DNA of 64,000 nucleotides from Deltaproteobacteria bacterium RBG_13_43_22 (GCA_001797675.1 MGQB01000001.1:321531-385530), one strand, 5' to 3'; numbered from the stretch's first letter, positions 18,983 to 28,719 are shown. The notes: a model not told the origin generated them from the letters alone. A program made the numbers and translations.

Positions 18983-20425
18983 ATGTCTGAGCCTATTTTG
19001 CAGGAGTTACATTATCTTTTTCACCCCAAAAACATCGCCGTGGTCGGCGCATCCCCCAAGTCCGACCCCATGATGATGAATCAGGGGAACAACTATATCA
19101 AAGGTTCCATTGAACAGAATTTTTCAGGGAAAATATTTCCGGTTCACCCAGGGGCCAAAGCCATCCTTGGATTTCAGGCCTTTCCACGAGTCCGGGATAT
19201 CCCTGATTCGGTGGATCTGGTCATCTTCACCGTTCCGGCTGAGGCGTCTGTGGAGGTCATGAAGGATTGTGTCGAAAAAGGGGTGAAATTCGTCCATCTC
19301 TATACGGCGGGCTTCGGCGAATCCGGGCGGGAAGCTTTCGTGAAAATGGAAAAAAAACTGATCGATATGGCCCGAAAGAACGGCATACGGATTGTCGGAC
19401 CGAATTGTATGGGAATCTACTGCCCGGAAGGTGGTTTGGCTTTTCAGCCCTTTTTTCCTACGACACCCGGTCCGGTGGGATTTTTTTCCCAGAGCGGTCA
19501 AATGGCCGGGATGTTTGTCATGAATGCCGCGGCCCAAGGTTTGAGGTTCAGTAAGGTAGTCAGTTTTGGAAATGCCAGGGATTTAAAAGCCCATGATTTT
19601 CTAAACTACCTGGCCCAGGATGAGAAAACAAAAATCATCGGATCCTACCTGGAAGGATTGGAAGACGGAAGGTCCTTTATAGAAGCAGCCCGGAAAATAA
19701 CGCAAAAAAAGCCCATGGTTATTTTTAAAGGCGGGTTGACCGAAGGAGGATCCCGGGCGGCCATGTCTCATACGGCGGCGATCGCCGGTTCGTCCCGGAT
19801 TTGGAGGGCCTTATGCCGTCAGGCCGGGATCATTTCCGTGACCTCTCTGGAGGAGTTGGTTTTCACGCTTTCCGCTTTACAGAGGATGCCGTTACCCGGA
19901 GGAAAGAACATGGTCATTCTCGGCGGGGCCGGAGGCGGAAGCGTCACCATGACCGATCAAGCCGAAGCCGAAGGGCTTAAAGTACCCCAGCTTTCACCAG
20001 AGACTATCCGGCAGCTCGAAACCATCGTGCCCCCTCAGGGCACGAGTGTGAAAAATCCCCTGGACGTGGGAAGGCGTTTTTTCGCCGAGGGGAATTTTCC
20101 CAAAATTCTGGAACTGCTCCGGGACGATCCCAACGTCGATGCCCTGATCTTCATGCAGCCCATTGCCATGTTCAGTCGATTTGGCGGCCGGGCCGGAATA
20201 AGCATGCTCCTAAAAATGACCATTGCCGGGCAAAAAATTTTAAAGAAACCAATGGTTCTTGTGGTAGAAAAAAATGACGGGTTCGGCGGTGACCGTATTG
20301 TGAAAGAAGCAATTGAGCGGTATCATGCCGCCCATCTGGCCACCTTTCCCGATTTTCGGCTGGCCGTCCGGGTGACCGGTTATCTGGCCGAATATCAGGC
20401 CTTCTTGGATCGGCAGGAAGGTTAA
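18983..20425 (+). CDS. Acyl-CoA synthetase (NDP-forming) alpha-like, CoA-binding/ligase-CoA domain protein
   Basis: 480 aa protein with N-terminal CoA-binding Rossmann motif (NIAVVGASPKSDP..IFPVHPGAKAILGFQAFPRVRDIPDSVDLVIFTVPA..RIVGPNCMGIY), as in ADP-forming acetyl-CoA synthetase alpha subunits. Confidence 0.7.
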   Translation: MSEPILQELHYLFHPKNIAVVGASPKSDPMMMNQGNNYIKGSIEQNFSGKIFPVHPGAKAILGFQAFPRVRDIPDSVDLVIFTVPAEASVEVMKDCVEKGVKFVHLYTAGFGESGREAFVKMEKKLIDMARKNGIRIVGPNCMGIYCPEGGLAFQPFFPTTPGPVGFFSQSGQMAGMFVMNAAAQGLRFSKVVSFGNARDLKAHDFLNYLAQDEKTKIIGSYLEGLEDGRSFIEAARKITQKKPMVIFKGGLTEGGSRAAMSHTAAIAGSSRIWRALCRQAGIISVTSLEELVFTLSALQRMPLPGGKNMVILGGAGGGSVTMTDQAEAEGLKVPQLSPETIRQLETIVPPQGTSVKNPLDVGRRFFAEGNFPKILELLRDDPNVDALIFMQPIAMFSRFGGRAGISMLLKMTIAGQKILKKPMVLVVEKNDGFGGDRIVKEAIERYHAAHLATFPDFRLAVRVTGYLAEYQAFLDRQEG

Positions 20426-20549
20426 ATCCGGGAGAAAACAAGGTTGATAGGCTGAAGACTGAAGGTTGTTAGTGCCTTTAGCCTTTACTTTCGTTCTTCA
20501 GCCTTCAGTCTTGGATCATTTCTTCTCCCAACACATTCGGATTATAAAA

Positions 20550-21998
20550 ATGGAGACACGTATGTCCTTTCAGGAACTGGAAACCATTTTACACCCCCGG
20601 TCAGTGGCCGTAGTCGGCGCTTCGGTCAATACTTTTTCATTCGGTTACAGTTATGCCCATCATCTGGTGGAGTATGGTTTTAAGGGACCGATCTACCTGG
20701 TCAATCCCAACTATCCGGAAATCGTTGGATTGAAAACCTACCCCAGTGTGCGGGATATTCCGGGACCGGTTGATTTCGCCATTTCCTGCGTCAACGCTTC
20801 TCAGGTGACCGCTATGCTGGAAGATCTGGCGGAGAAAAACGTTAAATGTGTACACTTATACACCGCCCGCTTTAGTGAAACCGGCCGGCAAGATGCCGCC
20901 GAACTGGAACAAACCGTACTGACACTGGCTCGCCGCAAAGGTATTCGCCTCATCGGCCCGAACTGCATGGGTGTTTATTATCCCCAAATGGGGCTCTCTT
21001 TCGGTTTTAATCTCCCCAAGGATTCCGGCCCCGCAGGTATGATCTCCCAATCCGGAGGCGGTGCCTCCGGTTTTGTGCATCTGGCCTCTTTGCGGGGAAT
21101 CCGGTTCAGCAAGGTCATCAGCTACGGCAATGGCCTGGATCTGACTGAATGCGATTACCTGGATTATTTTATTCAGGATAGAGAAACCAAAATCGTCCTT
21201 CTTTATGTCGAAGGGGTAAAAGACGGCCGGCGGTTTTTTGATACGCTAAGTCGGGCCGCCCGGGTCAAACCGGTGATCGTTATGAAGGGCGGCCGGGGCC
21301 AGGCCGGCTCACGGATGACCTTTTCTCACACCGCATCTTTGGCCGGTTCTTTTCCGGTTTGGGAAGCCTTGGTCAAGCAGGCCGGGGCTGTTTCGGCGGG
21401 TGATTTTGATGAGTTGATCGACCTGACAGTAGCATTTCGTTTTTTGCCGCAGGTGACCGGAAAGCGGGTCGGTGTCATCGGCGGCGGGGGCGGTCCCAGC
21501 GTTATTGCCGCCGAAGAGTGTGAAGAATCGGGACTGGAAGTGATCCCTATCCCTCAGGATATGCGTAAAGAACTCAAGGACCGGGGAGTCAACATCTGGG
21601 ACTGGATCAGCAATCCTGTGGATCTCTCGATTGTCGCCGGTTCGGGAGTTACGGATATCGATATGCTTCACCTCATGGGCAAGCATCCGGCATTCGATAT
21701 ACTCATGGCCAATGTCAACGAATGGGTCTTCATGACCCTGGCCTCGGATGAAAGATTCCTGGGTATGAAAAACCAGGTAAAAAACCATATCAGCCTGAGG
21801 GATACCTACCCTAAACCTTTCGTGGTGATCTTCGGGGAACGGGGGGTCATCACTGGGGAACAGGATAACTGGCGCTGGAAAGTGATTGCCGAAGCGCGGG
21901 AAGAGTTGATCGGGGCCGGGATGGCCACTTTTCCGACTTTCAGACGGGCGGCCATCGCCGTACGAAAAGTGCAGGAGTACTTCGCCGGATTGGATTAA
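20550..21998 (+). CDS. Acyl-CoA synthetase (NDP-forming) alpha-like paralog
   Basis: METRMSFQELETILHPRSVAVVGAS...RLIGPNCMGVYYPQ. The start is moved to the ATG at 20550, in register with the paralog's N-terminus. The ORF track's 20466 start is an upstream extension. Confidence 0.7.
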   Translation: METRMSFQELETILHPRSVAVVGASVNTFSFGYSYAHHLVEYGFKGPIYLVNPNYPEIVGLKTYPSVRDIPGPVDFAISCVNASQVTAMLEDLAEKNVKCVHLYTARFSETGRQDAAELEQTVLTLARRKGIRLIGPNCMGVYYPQMGLSFGFNLPKDSGPAGMISQSGGGASGFVHLASLRGIRFSKVISYGNGLDLTECDYLDYFIQDRETKIVLLYVEGVKDGRRFFDTLSRAARVKPVIVMKGGRGQAGSRMTFSHTASLAGSFPVWEALVKQAGAVSAGDFDELIDLTVAFRFLPQVTGKRVGVIGGGGGPSVIAAEECEESGLEVIPIPQDMRKELKDRGVNIWDWISNPVDLSIVAGSGVTDIDMLHLMGKHPAFDILMANVNEWVFMTLASDERFLGMKNQVKNHISLRDTYPKPFVVIFGERGVITGEQDNWRWKVIAEAREELIGAGMATFPTFRRAAIAVRKVQEYFAGLD

Positions 21999-22112
21999 GG
22001 TTTTACAGCCCATCGGCCCCTAATAGCCAGTTTGATCAGCAGCACAAAAAGTTCGTCCTGATCTTGTAATACATTTTTTCTCCGCGCTGCTCATTCAGCA
22101 ATAGGATGAATC

Positions 22113-22634
22113 ATGATTTTATCCGGATTGGAAATTTGTTCAAAAATCGGCAAAGAAATTATTATTGACCCCTTTGACCGGGCCAAAGTCAATCCGAACA
22201 GCTACAACCTGTCCTTACATAATGAATTGATCACCTATACCGATTTTCCTTTGGATATGAAAAGAGAGAATCCTTTTACCGAGATCACCATACCGGAAGA
22301 TGGATTAGTGTTGGTGCCTAATCGTTTATATCTGGGAAGGACCGTGGAATATACGGAAACCCACGGTTATGTCCCCATGTTGGAAGGTCGATCTTCCATT
22401 GGGCGGCTCGGTATTTTTGTGCACGTTACCGCCGGATTCGGCGATGTCGGATTTAAAGGGTATTGGACCCTGGAAATTTTTTGCGTTCAACCGGTCCGAA
22501 TCTATACGGGGGTCGAGGTCTGCCAGATTTATTACCACACCATCGAAGGGCCGTATGAACCCTATTCAAGCCGGAAGTACCAGAACAACCGGGGCATTCA
22601 ACCCAGTTTTCTGTTTAAGGATTTTAAAAAATAG
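22113..22634 (+). CDS. dcd: dCTP deaminase
   Basis: 173 aa protein with C-terminal ICQIYYHTIEG...YSSRKYQNNRGIQPS typical of Dcd. Confidence 0.9.
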   Translation: MILSGLEICSKIGKEIIIDPFDRAKVNPNSYNLSLHNELITYTDFPLDMKRENPFTEITIPEDGLVLVPNRLYLGRTVEYTETHGYVPMLEGRSSIGRLGIFVHVTAGFGDVGFKGYWTLEIFCVQPVRIYTGVEVCQIYYHTIEGPYEPYSSRKYQNNRGIQPSFLFKDFKK

Positions 22635-22661
22635 GATCAAACCGGTCAAAAGGATATTTCA

Positions 22662-22716
22662 AATGTGATTAGAATTCAATTTAAAGGCCCAAAGCTTGCT
22701 GCCCAGGAAGTTACTT
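22662..22716 (-). pseudogene. 3'-terminal remnant (last ~17 codons) of a gtrA-like gene
   Basis: Reverse strand reads LSNFLGSKLWAFKLNSNHI*. This matches the C-terminus of the intact GtrA-like gene at 25790..26263 and is part of the 22517..22716 duplicated junction. Confidence 0.5.
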
Positions 22717-23400
22717 AATAAATGCGGTCTATAGGATGCAGAGGGAGCAGTTCGTCCAAACTTTGGAAGTCTGCCTCTTCTTTTCCCCTTATCCCCTTCT
22801 ATTTGTAAAGTCCAGACCTGCAAAGTCCTATTTTTCTCCTTGACCTTGCTTTTTTCTTTCTTTATATTCTTTCCATCAAAAAGCAAATTCTATCAAATCA
22901 AATATCGGAACGTACGATTCTTCCAAAAAAATTATAGAAAAATCAGATTGTTTCACATTAATCGGAAAAGATTCCAATGCCTGACAGGAAATCCTGCTGC
23001 TAAAAGAGGAATTCCCGGTTCCGGCGCTCATCCCTATTCCTATTTTATTGCAATTATTACTTAAAGTTATGATCAAGCAGGCAATTGGCTGTCAACGTTT
23101 TTATCATTGGGTGAACCCGTTCCGCATTCCGGGTTTAAACTGAAAAAACCCTGAGATAGGAGGAGACCATATGTTCGACCTGATGTCATGGAAAAAAAGA
23201 GACCCCAGAGCCTCGCCCGTTTTCGGGGGGAACTCGACAACCGGTTCAATTAAGAGGACCGATAATCATTACAGCAAGAAGATTTATCGATTGAGCTCCG
23301 GCTTAAATCCGATTTTTACCAGACGAGAGGTATAAATCTCGACGGGAAAGAGGTGACAGCCGGCAGGTGATCATCAACCATTTTGCAAAGGAGGATTAAA

Positions 23401-25155
23401 ATGGCAGAGACCAAACCTCAACCCACCTCAGACGACATCGTTGTCGACCAAGCTAAGGGAGACATTTCCGATTTGTGGAAAAAAGAGGACTACTGGGCCA
23501 TATGGCTCGGTTTTCTAATTCTGGCTGTGGGTCTTTTGATTTTTCTTCCGCGGCCGCCTGCAAAAATGGATGAGCAGTTCGCCAAATACAATGCCGCCAT
23601 GAAAGAGGAAGCGGCTAAAGCCCCTTTTAAAACCGTCGCTTGGCATGAAGCTTCCATGGCTAAAAAAAAGATTCGGGTCAGCAACGAAGGGTATGCAAAA
23701 AACATTAAAAATTTTCTGGCTGCGCCGGATCGATGGAAAGCCAACCCCGTCGATTCTCTGTATCGGAGCAAGGAAGCGGCCGATGCCATGAACGCCAAGG
23801 CGTTGCCCGGTTTTGAAAAAACAAAGGCAGCGGCAGGGGCGGCCCTTGCGTCGGCAAAAGCGGCTGAAAAGGATGCTGCAGATGCAGGTTTCAAAGACAA
23901 TGATCGAAATGAGAAGGCGAAGGAAAGCATTGCCGGATGGTTGAAAGCCGATCAGGCAGCTTCCAAAGCCAAGGCCAAAACAGCGAACAAGCCTTACAAC
24001 CGGATTCCGTATCTTATCGGCATTTCGATTATACTGGCGGTGCTGTTCGGCATCGGGAGTTCCATCATGGGAAATTCCTTTACAGCGTTCGTGAAAGGCT
24101 TCTTCTTTGTTTTCTTTCTGGCTGTTTTGGCCTACATGGCGGAAATGCAGGAAACTATCCGGTACTACGGGTTCGGGTTTCCGCTATGGGCCATCGTCTT
24201 CGGAATGCTGATCAGCAATACCATCGGTACGCCTAAATGGATCAAACCCGCCGTACAGACCGAATACTACATCAAAACCGGTCTGGTCCTGCTGGGGGCG
24301 GAGGTTCTATTCGGAAAAATTCTCGACATCGGCATCCCGGGCATCTTCGTGGCCTGGGTGGTCACCCCTATCGTGCTGATCTGCACATACTGGTTCGGGC
24401 AGCGGGTGTTGAATTTCCCGTCAAAGACGTTGAATATCACCATTTCCGCCGATATGTCGGTCTGCGGGGTGTCGGCAGCCATCGCCACAGCATCCGCTTG
24501 CCGGGCCAAAAAGGAAGAGTTGACCCTGGCCATCGGCCTTTCCATGGTGTTCACAGCCATTATGATGGTGGCCATGCCGGCGTTTATAAAGGCCGTGGGC
24601 ATGAATCACGTTTTGGGCGGAGCCTGGATGGGAGGCACCATCGATTCCACCGGGGCGGTGGCCGCGGCAGGGGCTTTCTTGAGCGACCGGGCACTCTATG
24701 TAGCGGCCACAGTGAAAATGATCCAGAATATTCTCATCGGCATCATCGCATTCGGTGTGGCGGTGTACTGGTGCGCTCGCGTGGAGTGTGCGCCGGGCCA
24801 GCAGGTGAGATGGATGGAGATCTGGTATCGTTTTCCAAAGTTCGTTCTCGGTTTTATAGCGGCCTCGATCATCTTCTCCCTGATCGACGGGGCTATGGCA
24901 AAAGATGCCGCTGCTGCGGTGCTGGATCAGGGTGTGCTGCGCGGTTTCAGCCGGCTGCTGAGGGAATGGTTCTTTGCGCTGGCTTTTACCTCCATCGGCC
25001 TTGCCACCAATTTCAGGGAGCTGGCCAAATATTTTAAAGGGGGCAAGCCGCTCATCCTTTATGTCTGCGGCCAGTCTTTCAACCTGATCCTGACGTTGCT
25101 GGTGGCCTATATCATGTTTTTTATCGTATTTCCTGAGATTACCTCGAGAATCTAA
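23401..25155 (+). CDS. Membrane protein: N-terminal TM plus Ala/Lys-rich extracytoplasmic domain fused to a YeiH/UPF0324 (putative sulfate exporter family) 10-TM domain
   Basis: The ATG at 23401 is preceded by AGGAGG. The C-terminal ~380 aa carry the YeiH-type SVCGVSAAIATASA motif and multiple TM helices. The ORF track's TTG start at 23383 is an upstream extension. Confidence 0.65.
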   Translation: MAETKPQPTSDDIVVDQAKGDISDLWKKEDYWAIWLGFLILAVGLLIFLPRPPAKMDEQFAKYNAAMKEEAAKAPFKTVAWHEASMAKKKIRVSNEGYAKNIKNFLAAPDRWKANPVDSLYRSKEAADAMNAKALPGFEKTKAAAGAALASAKAAEKDAADAGFKDNDRNEKAKESIAGWLKADQAASKAKAKTANKPYNRIPYLIGISIILAVLFGIGSSIMGNSFTAFVKGFFFVFFLAVLAYMAEMQETIRYYGFGFPLWAIVFGMLISNTIGTPKWIKPAVQTEYYIKTGLVLLGAEVLFGKILDIGIPGIFVAWVVTPIVLICTYWFGQRVLNFPSKTLNITISADMSVCGVSAAIATASACRAKKEELTLAIGLSMVFTAIMMVAMPAFIKAVGMNHVLGGAWMGGTIDSTGAVAAAGAFLSDRALYVAATVKMIQNILIGIIAFGVAVYWCARVECAPGQQVRWMEIWYRFPKFVLGFIAASIIFSLIDGAMAKDAAAAVLDQGVLRGFSRLLREWFFALAFTSIGLATNFRELAKYFKGGKPLILYVCGQSFNLILTLLVAYIMFFIVFPEITSRI

Positions 25156-25476
25156 ATGCAAAATACAGATCGACAACCGGACGGGCCCGCGGGCCCGTCC
25201 GCAAAGCTTAAATCCTGGCTTTACTTGCTCATCGGAGTCGCTATTCTGTGGGTGTTCATGCAGTGGGTGGGACCACTTATTTTCCAACTGCCCGGGTTTT
25301 CATCCATGGCGCGGTTGATCAAGGAACAAAACATCCACACCACGGGGTTCTTCTATACCGATATCGAAGAGTTTGCCCTTGCGGAATCGGTTATCAGGGA
25401 CCGGTTGGCCTATGCGCCTCAGATGGAGTCTCCGGCGGGAATTAGGGTGGAAGCCTTTGATAAACAAACCCCTTAA
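25156..25476 (+). CDS. Small membrane protein, translationally coupled to the YeiH-like gene
   Basis: The ATG directly abuts the upstream TAA (TAAATG). One predicted TM helix (LYLLIGVAILWVFMQWVGPLIF). Confidence 0.35.
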   Translation: MQNTDRQPDGPAGPSAKLKSWLYLLIGVAILWVFMQWVGPLIFQLPGFSSMARLIKEQNIHTTGFFYTDIEEFALAESVIRDRLAYAPQMESPAGIRVEAFDKQTP

Positions 25477-25533
25477 GGCCCTTAGCGGCGCACACGGCAT
25501 TTGCTGGTTTTGGTTCAGAGATGACGAGTGGAA

Positions 25534-25745
25534 GTCTGCCAGATTTATTACCACACCATCGAAGGGCCGTATGAACCCTATTGAAGCTCCCTGCACCAAG
25601 GTGCAGGGAATCTTCCAGGCAAGGAAAGGGTTTATTTGTTGTAGTTCGCTCGCTAACCCACGCAGCAAGCTGCGGGGAATGCGCTCGCTATTCCTGTTCA
25701 AGCCGGAAGTACCAGAACAACCGGGGCATTCAACCCAGTCTTCTG
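25534..25745 (+). pseudogene. Duplicated 3' fragment of dcd (last ~25 codons) interrupted by a dispersed repeat element
   Basis: 25534-25582 and 25700-25745 are near-identical to dcd 22517-22612. The 115-bp element is inserted between ...GAACCCTATT and CAAGCCGG. Confidence 0.55.
25581..25700 (+). repeat. Dual-hairpin dispersed repeat element, copy A (short form, ~118 bp)
   Basis: TTGAAGCTCCCTGCACCAAGGTGCAGGG...CCCACGCAGCAAGCTGCGGGG...CCTGTTCA. Near-identical copies at 30137, 35231 and 47551. Confidence 0.7.
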
Positions 25746-25789
25746 AATAAAGATTTAAAAAATAGGGTCTGACCGGGCAAAAGGATATT

Positions 25790-26263
25790 TTAATTATGAT
25801 TAGAATTCAATTTAAAGGCCCAGAGCTTGCTGCCCAGGAAGTTGCTTAAGGTGGTTATAAAAATGGCGGCCAATTGGGCGATGATCTTGTGCCAATGCTG
25901 AAGATCGACCAGAAACCATAAGACGGCTATATTGATTCCGTAGCTGACCAGGGTAACCATCGCATATTTCAGATATTGGTCGCGGATGGCCTTGATTCCC
26001 TGCTCGTGGGTTTTAAAAGTCCAGCGCAGATTCAGGAAAAAATTGCTGGACATGGCCGTTAAAAAAGAGAAGGTGGCTGCCAGCAGATAATGAACGTTCA
26101 GCAGGTAAATGGAGCCTGAATAAACGGCCAGATTAACCAATACCCCGCTGCTGCCCACCAGGGCGAAGCGGACAAACTGATTTCCGGTGTGGCCGCTGGT
26201 AATCAGACTATTGACCATATAGGCCCAATTGAGTTTCTCGGCATATCCCTTGAAGCGACTCAA
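25790..26263 (-). CDS. GtrA-family polysaccharide-synthesis membrane protein
   Basis: 157 aa protein with 4 TM helices and a GtrA-like N-terminus (VRFALVGSSGVLVNLAVY). Confidence 0.7.
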   Translation of the reverse strand: MSRFKGYAEKLNWAYMVNSLITSGHTGNQFVRFALVGSSGVLVNLAVYSGSIYLLNVHYLLAATFSFLTAMSSNFFLNLRWTFKTHEQGIKAIRDQYLKYAMVTLVSYGINIAVLWFLVDLQHWHKIIAQLAAIFITTLSNFLGSKLWAFKLNSNHN

Positions 26264-28581
26264 CGGCCCTCCAAAAACGGCGCCAGATGGACCTGCAGCC
26301 GTTCCTTATTTTTTTCCAGGGACAAATCCTTAAGCCTTTCCTTTTGACCGGCAATAAGGCTTTCTCGAAGCTCCCGATCCTCCAGTACCAGCGACATCAG
26401 TTCAGCAATGGCTTCGAAGTTTTTTTCGGGAATACCGATCCCGGCTCCTCCCAAAGTTTCAGGAATGCCCCCGGTCAGGTAAGCCATCACCGGCAGACCG
26501 AAAAACATGCTTTCCATCAAGGGGACACAAAATCCTTCGTGTTCGCTTAAACAAAGGTAGAGATGAGAGGCAGTATAATAGGTGATGAGTTCCCGGATAG
26601 AGGCAAAACCGGCAAATAGAACTTTTTCGGTTATGGCCAAATCTTCAACCATCCTTTTAACGGCCCGGCTGTAGTTGCGTACCCCGCTGTCCGTGCCGAC
26701 CAGAATCAGGCGGCTTTCGGGAAGAAGGCGTTTTTGAAAAAGATAAAAAACCTTGATCAGGTCCTCGATTTTTTTCTGAGGTACCAGCCGGCCTACATGA
26801 AGGATGTTGATCTTTCCGTCCTGAAGACTTTTCTTCAGGGGCGCCTCTTGGGCCAGATAATAATTATTGAAATCCAAAAAAATGGGTAGTACCCCGGTCT
26901 TCCTAAATCCCGCCCGTTCCAACTCCTGACGGTTAAAGTCGGACACGCCCAGAGCCAGGTCGAAATAGGGGGCCAGCTTTCTCAATTCCTCATACCCCCA
27001 GGCACAGCGCCTTTCCACTTCGGCATTGATCCCTTTGAAGAAGTGCGCAGGCGTGATATTGTGATAGATCAAAATCTTTCGATCCGGAAGCCGTTTGACA
27101 AACTCCGAAAGTTCGGAACCGATGGAGAAATGAAAGATCAAGATTTTATCGGGACCGCTGATTTCCTTATATTCCTGGAAAGGTCGTGCTGTACCGATTA
27201 ATCTGGAATGGACGTGCTGGGCGTAAATTTCAGAGTCATAACCCCAGTCTTTCAAGGCCTTTTGGATGCCCAGGACATCGTTGCCGATAGCGTCCCCATA
27301 ACTGAAATCAGGGAGCATCTGGTGAATAGCGATGTTGGACTGCTTTGGCCGGGTATTCATGGAATTCTCCTTTGGTCCGGGGTCCCTGGTGCCTTTTTCC
27401 AGAACCGGCCCGGTTTGATGGATCAATTGAATATACCGCCCGCTGATCAAATCCCAATGAAAATGGGACCAAACATATTCACGGCCGTTTCGGGCCATTT
27501 CCTCGGCCAGGTCGGGCTGAGCCCTCATTTCAAGGAGGCATTCTTCAAACTCCAGGTAATCTTTAAAAAACAATCCCCCCTGACTGTTTTGGCAGTGTTC
27601 TACGGTTACCGGACAATGGGCATTGACCAGGACCGGGGTCCCGCACAGCCAGGATTCCATAATGACAATGGAAAAACTTTCCATTACCGAAGGCTGGCAA
27701 AAAAGTTCAGCCCCGCCATAGGCATCATATTTATCTTGTCTGGAGACAAAGCCCAGGTCCAGAATGTCTTTCTGACCGTCGAGAGGGATCTGTACCGGCA
27801 GGTTACCGATTAAAACAAGCTTCAGATCGGAAGGATTCCGTTTTTTAAACAGGACAAAATAATGTATCAACAAAGGGGTGTTTTTCCCGGCGTCTCTTCG
27901 GCCGGCATAGAGAAGATAAGGGTCCTTTATTTGAAACTTCCGGCGAAATCTTTCCGGATCAGTCTGGATCTCCGTATCAATCCCTTCACCGAAAAGAAGG
28001 GCCTGGTCTTTAGTCAAACCATACAAACGCTGACCCAGGTTTTGCTCAAACCGGGTATGAAAAATCATGCCCCGCACCCGGTGAAACAAATCTCCCAGGA
28101 TTTCCATATGGGCATACCCTTCATCGTGAAGGCAGGGGATAATGTAAGAACGATCCGGAAATATCCGAGCCCCATAATAAGTGGTACTGAAAAGGTAGGG
28201 GATAAAGAATAAAAGCGTGTCAGAGCCATGACGCCGGATGTATTGGTAAAGCAAAGGGCTGTTGATCATGTGCTGGAAGAAGAGGTCTTCTTCCTGGCGG
28301 GAAAGTTTCTCTCCGGCCATGATCCGCCGGTTCAGGGAACTGAAAAGTTCCCCGTTTCGGGGACTGACCGGGAACCGTTTGACCGGGACACCGTTGACTT
28401 GAGCCTCTCCGGCCGGATAATCATTCCGCGACCAGTCTCCTTCAAAGTCTTTAACGCAGGTCGTCCAGACCTCCACCGGAATCCCTCTTTGATGGAGGTT
28501 TTCTACGGTTCTCCGGGCCTCGGCTTCAGCCCCTCCAGGGATATCCGGCCCGTACCAGGGGCAGATAAAGGCAATTTTCAT
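26260..28581 (-). CDS. Tandem (double) GT4-family glycosyltransferase
   Basis: 773 aa protein with two glycosyltransferase-group-1 halves (MKIAFICPWYGPDIPGGAE... and a second ...HVGRLVPQKKIEDLI...FCVPLMESMFFGLPVMAY). Confidence 0.8.
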   Translation of the reverse strand: MKIAFICPWYGPDIPGGAEAEARRTVENLHQRGIPVEVWTTCVKDFEGDWSRNDYPAGEAQVNGVPVKRFPVSPRNGELFSSLNRRIMAGEKLSRQEEDLFFQHMINSPLLYQYIRRHGSDTLLFFIPYLFSTTYYGARIFPDRSYIIPCLHDEGYAHMEILGDLFHRVRGMIFHTRFEQNLGQRLYGLTKDQALLFGEGIDTEIQTDPERFRRKFQIKDPYLLYAGRRDAGKNTPLLIHYFVLFKKRNPSDLKLVLIGNLPVQIPLDGQKDILDLGFVSRQDKYDAYGGAELFCQPSVMESFSIVIMESWLCGTPVLVNAHCPVTVEHCQNSQGGLFFKDYLEFEECLLEMRAQPDLAEEMARNGREYVWSHFHWDLISGRYIQLIHQTGPVLEKGTRDPGPKENSMNTRPKQSNIAIHQMLPDFSYGDAIGNDVLGIQKALKDWGYDSEIYAQHVHSRLIGTARPFQEYKEISGPDKILIFHFSIGSELSEFVKRLPDRKILIYHNITPAHFFKGINAEVERRCAWGYEELRKLAPYFDLALGVSDFNRQELERAGFRKTGVLPIFLDFNNYYLAQEAPLKKSLQDGKINILHVGRLVPQKKIEDLIKVFYLFQKRLLPESRLILVGTDSGVRNYSRAVKRMVEDLAITEKVLFAGFASIRELITYYTASHLYLCLSEHEGFCVPLMESMFFGLPVMAYLTGGIPETLGGAGIGIPEKNFEAIAELMSLVLEDRELRESLIAGQKERLKDLSLEKNKERLQVHLAPFLEGR

Positions 28582-28719
28582 CTTGGTTTGTCTGGCCTGT
28601 TTAGTCTGTTTAGTTTTTTGGGTCTATTTATTTTATTTCGTTTAGTGTGCGTCGTAAGGCATAAGGTATAAGAGTCATTGCACCTATTGCCCATAGTCTA
28701 TTGCCTATTGCCTGTTTTT

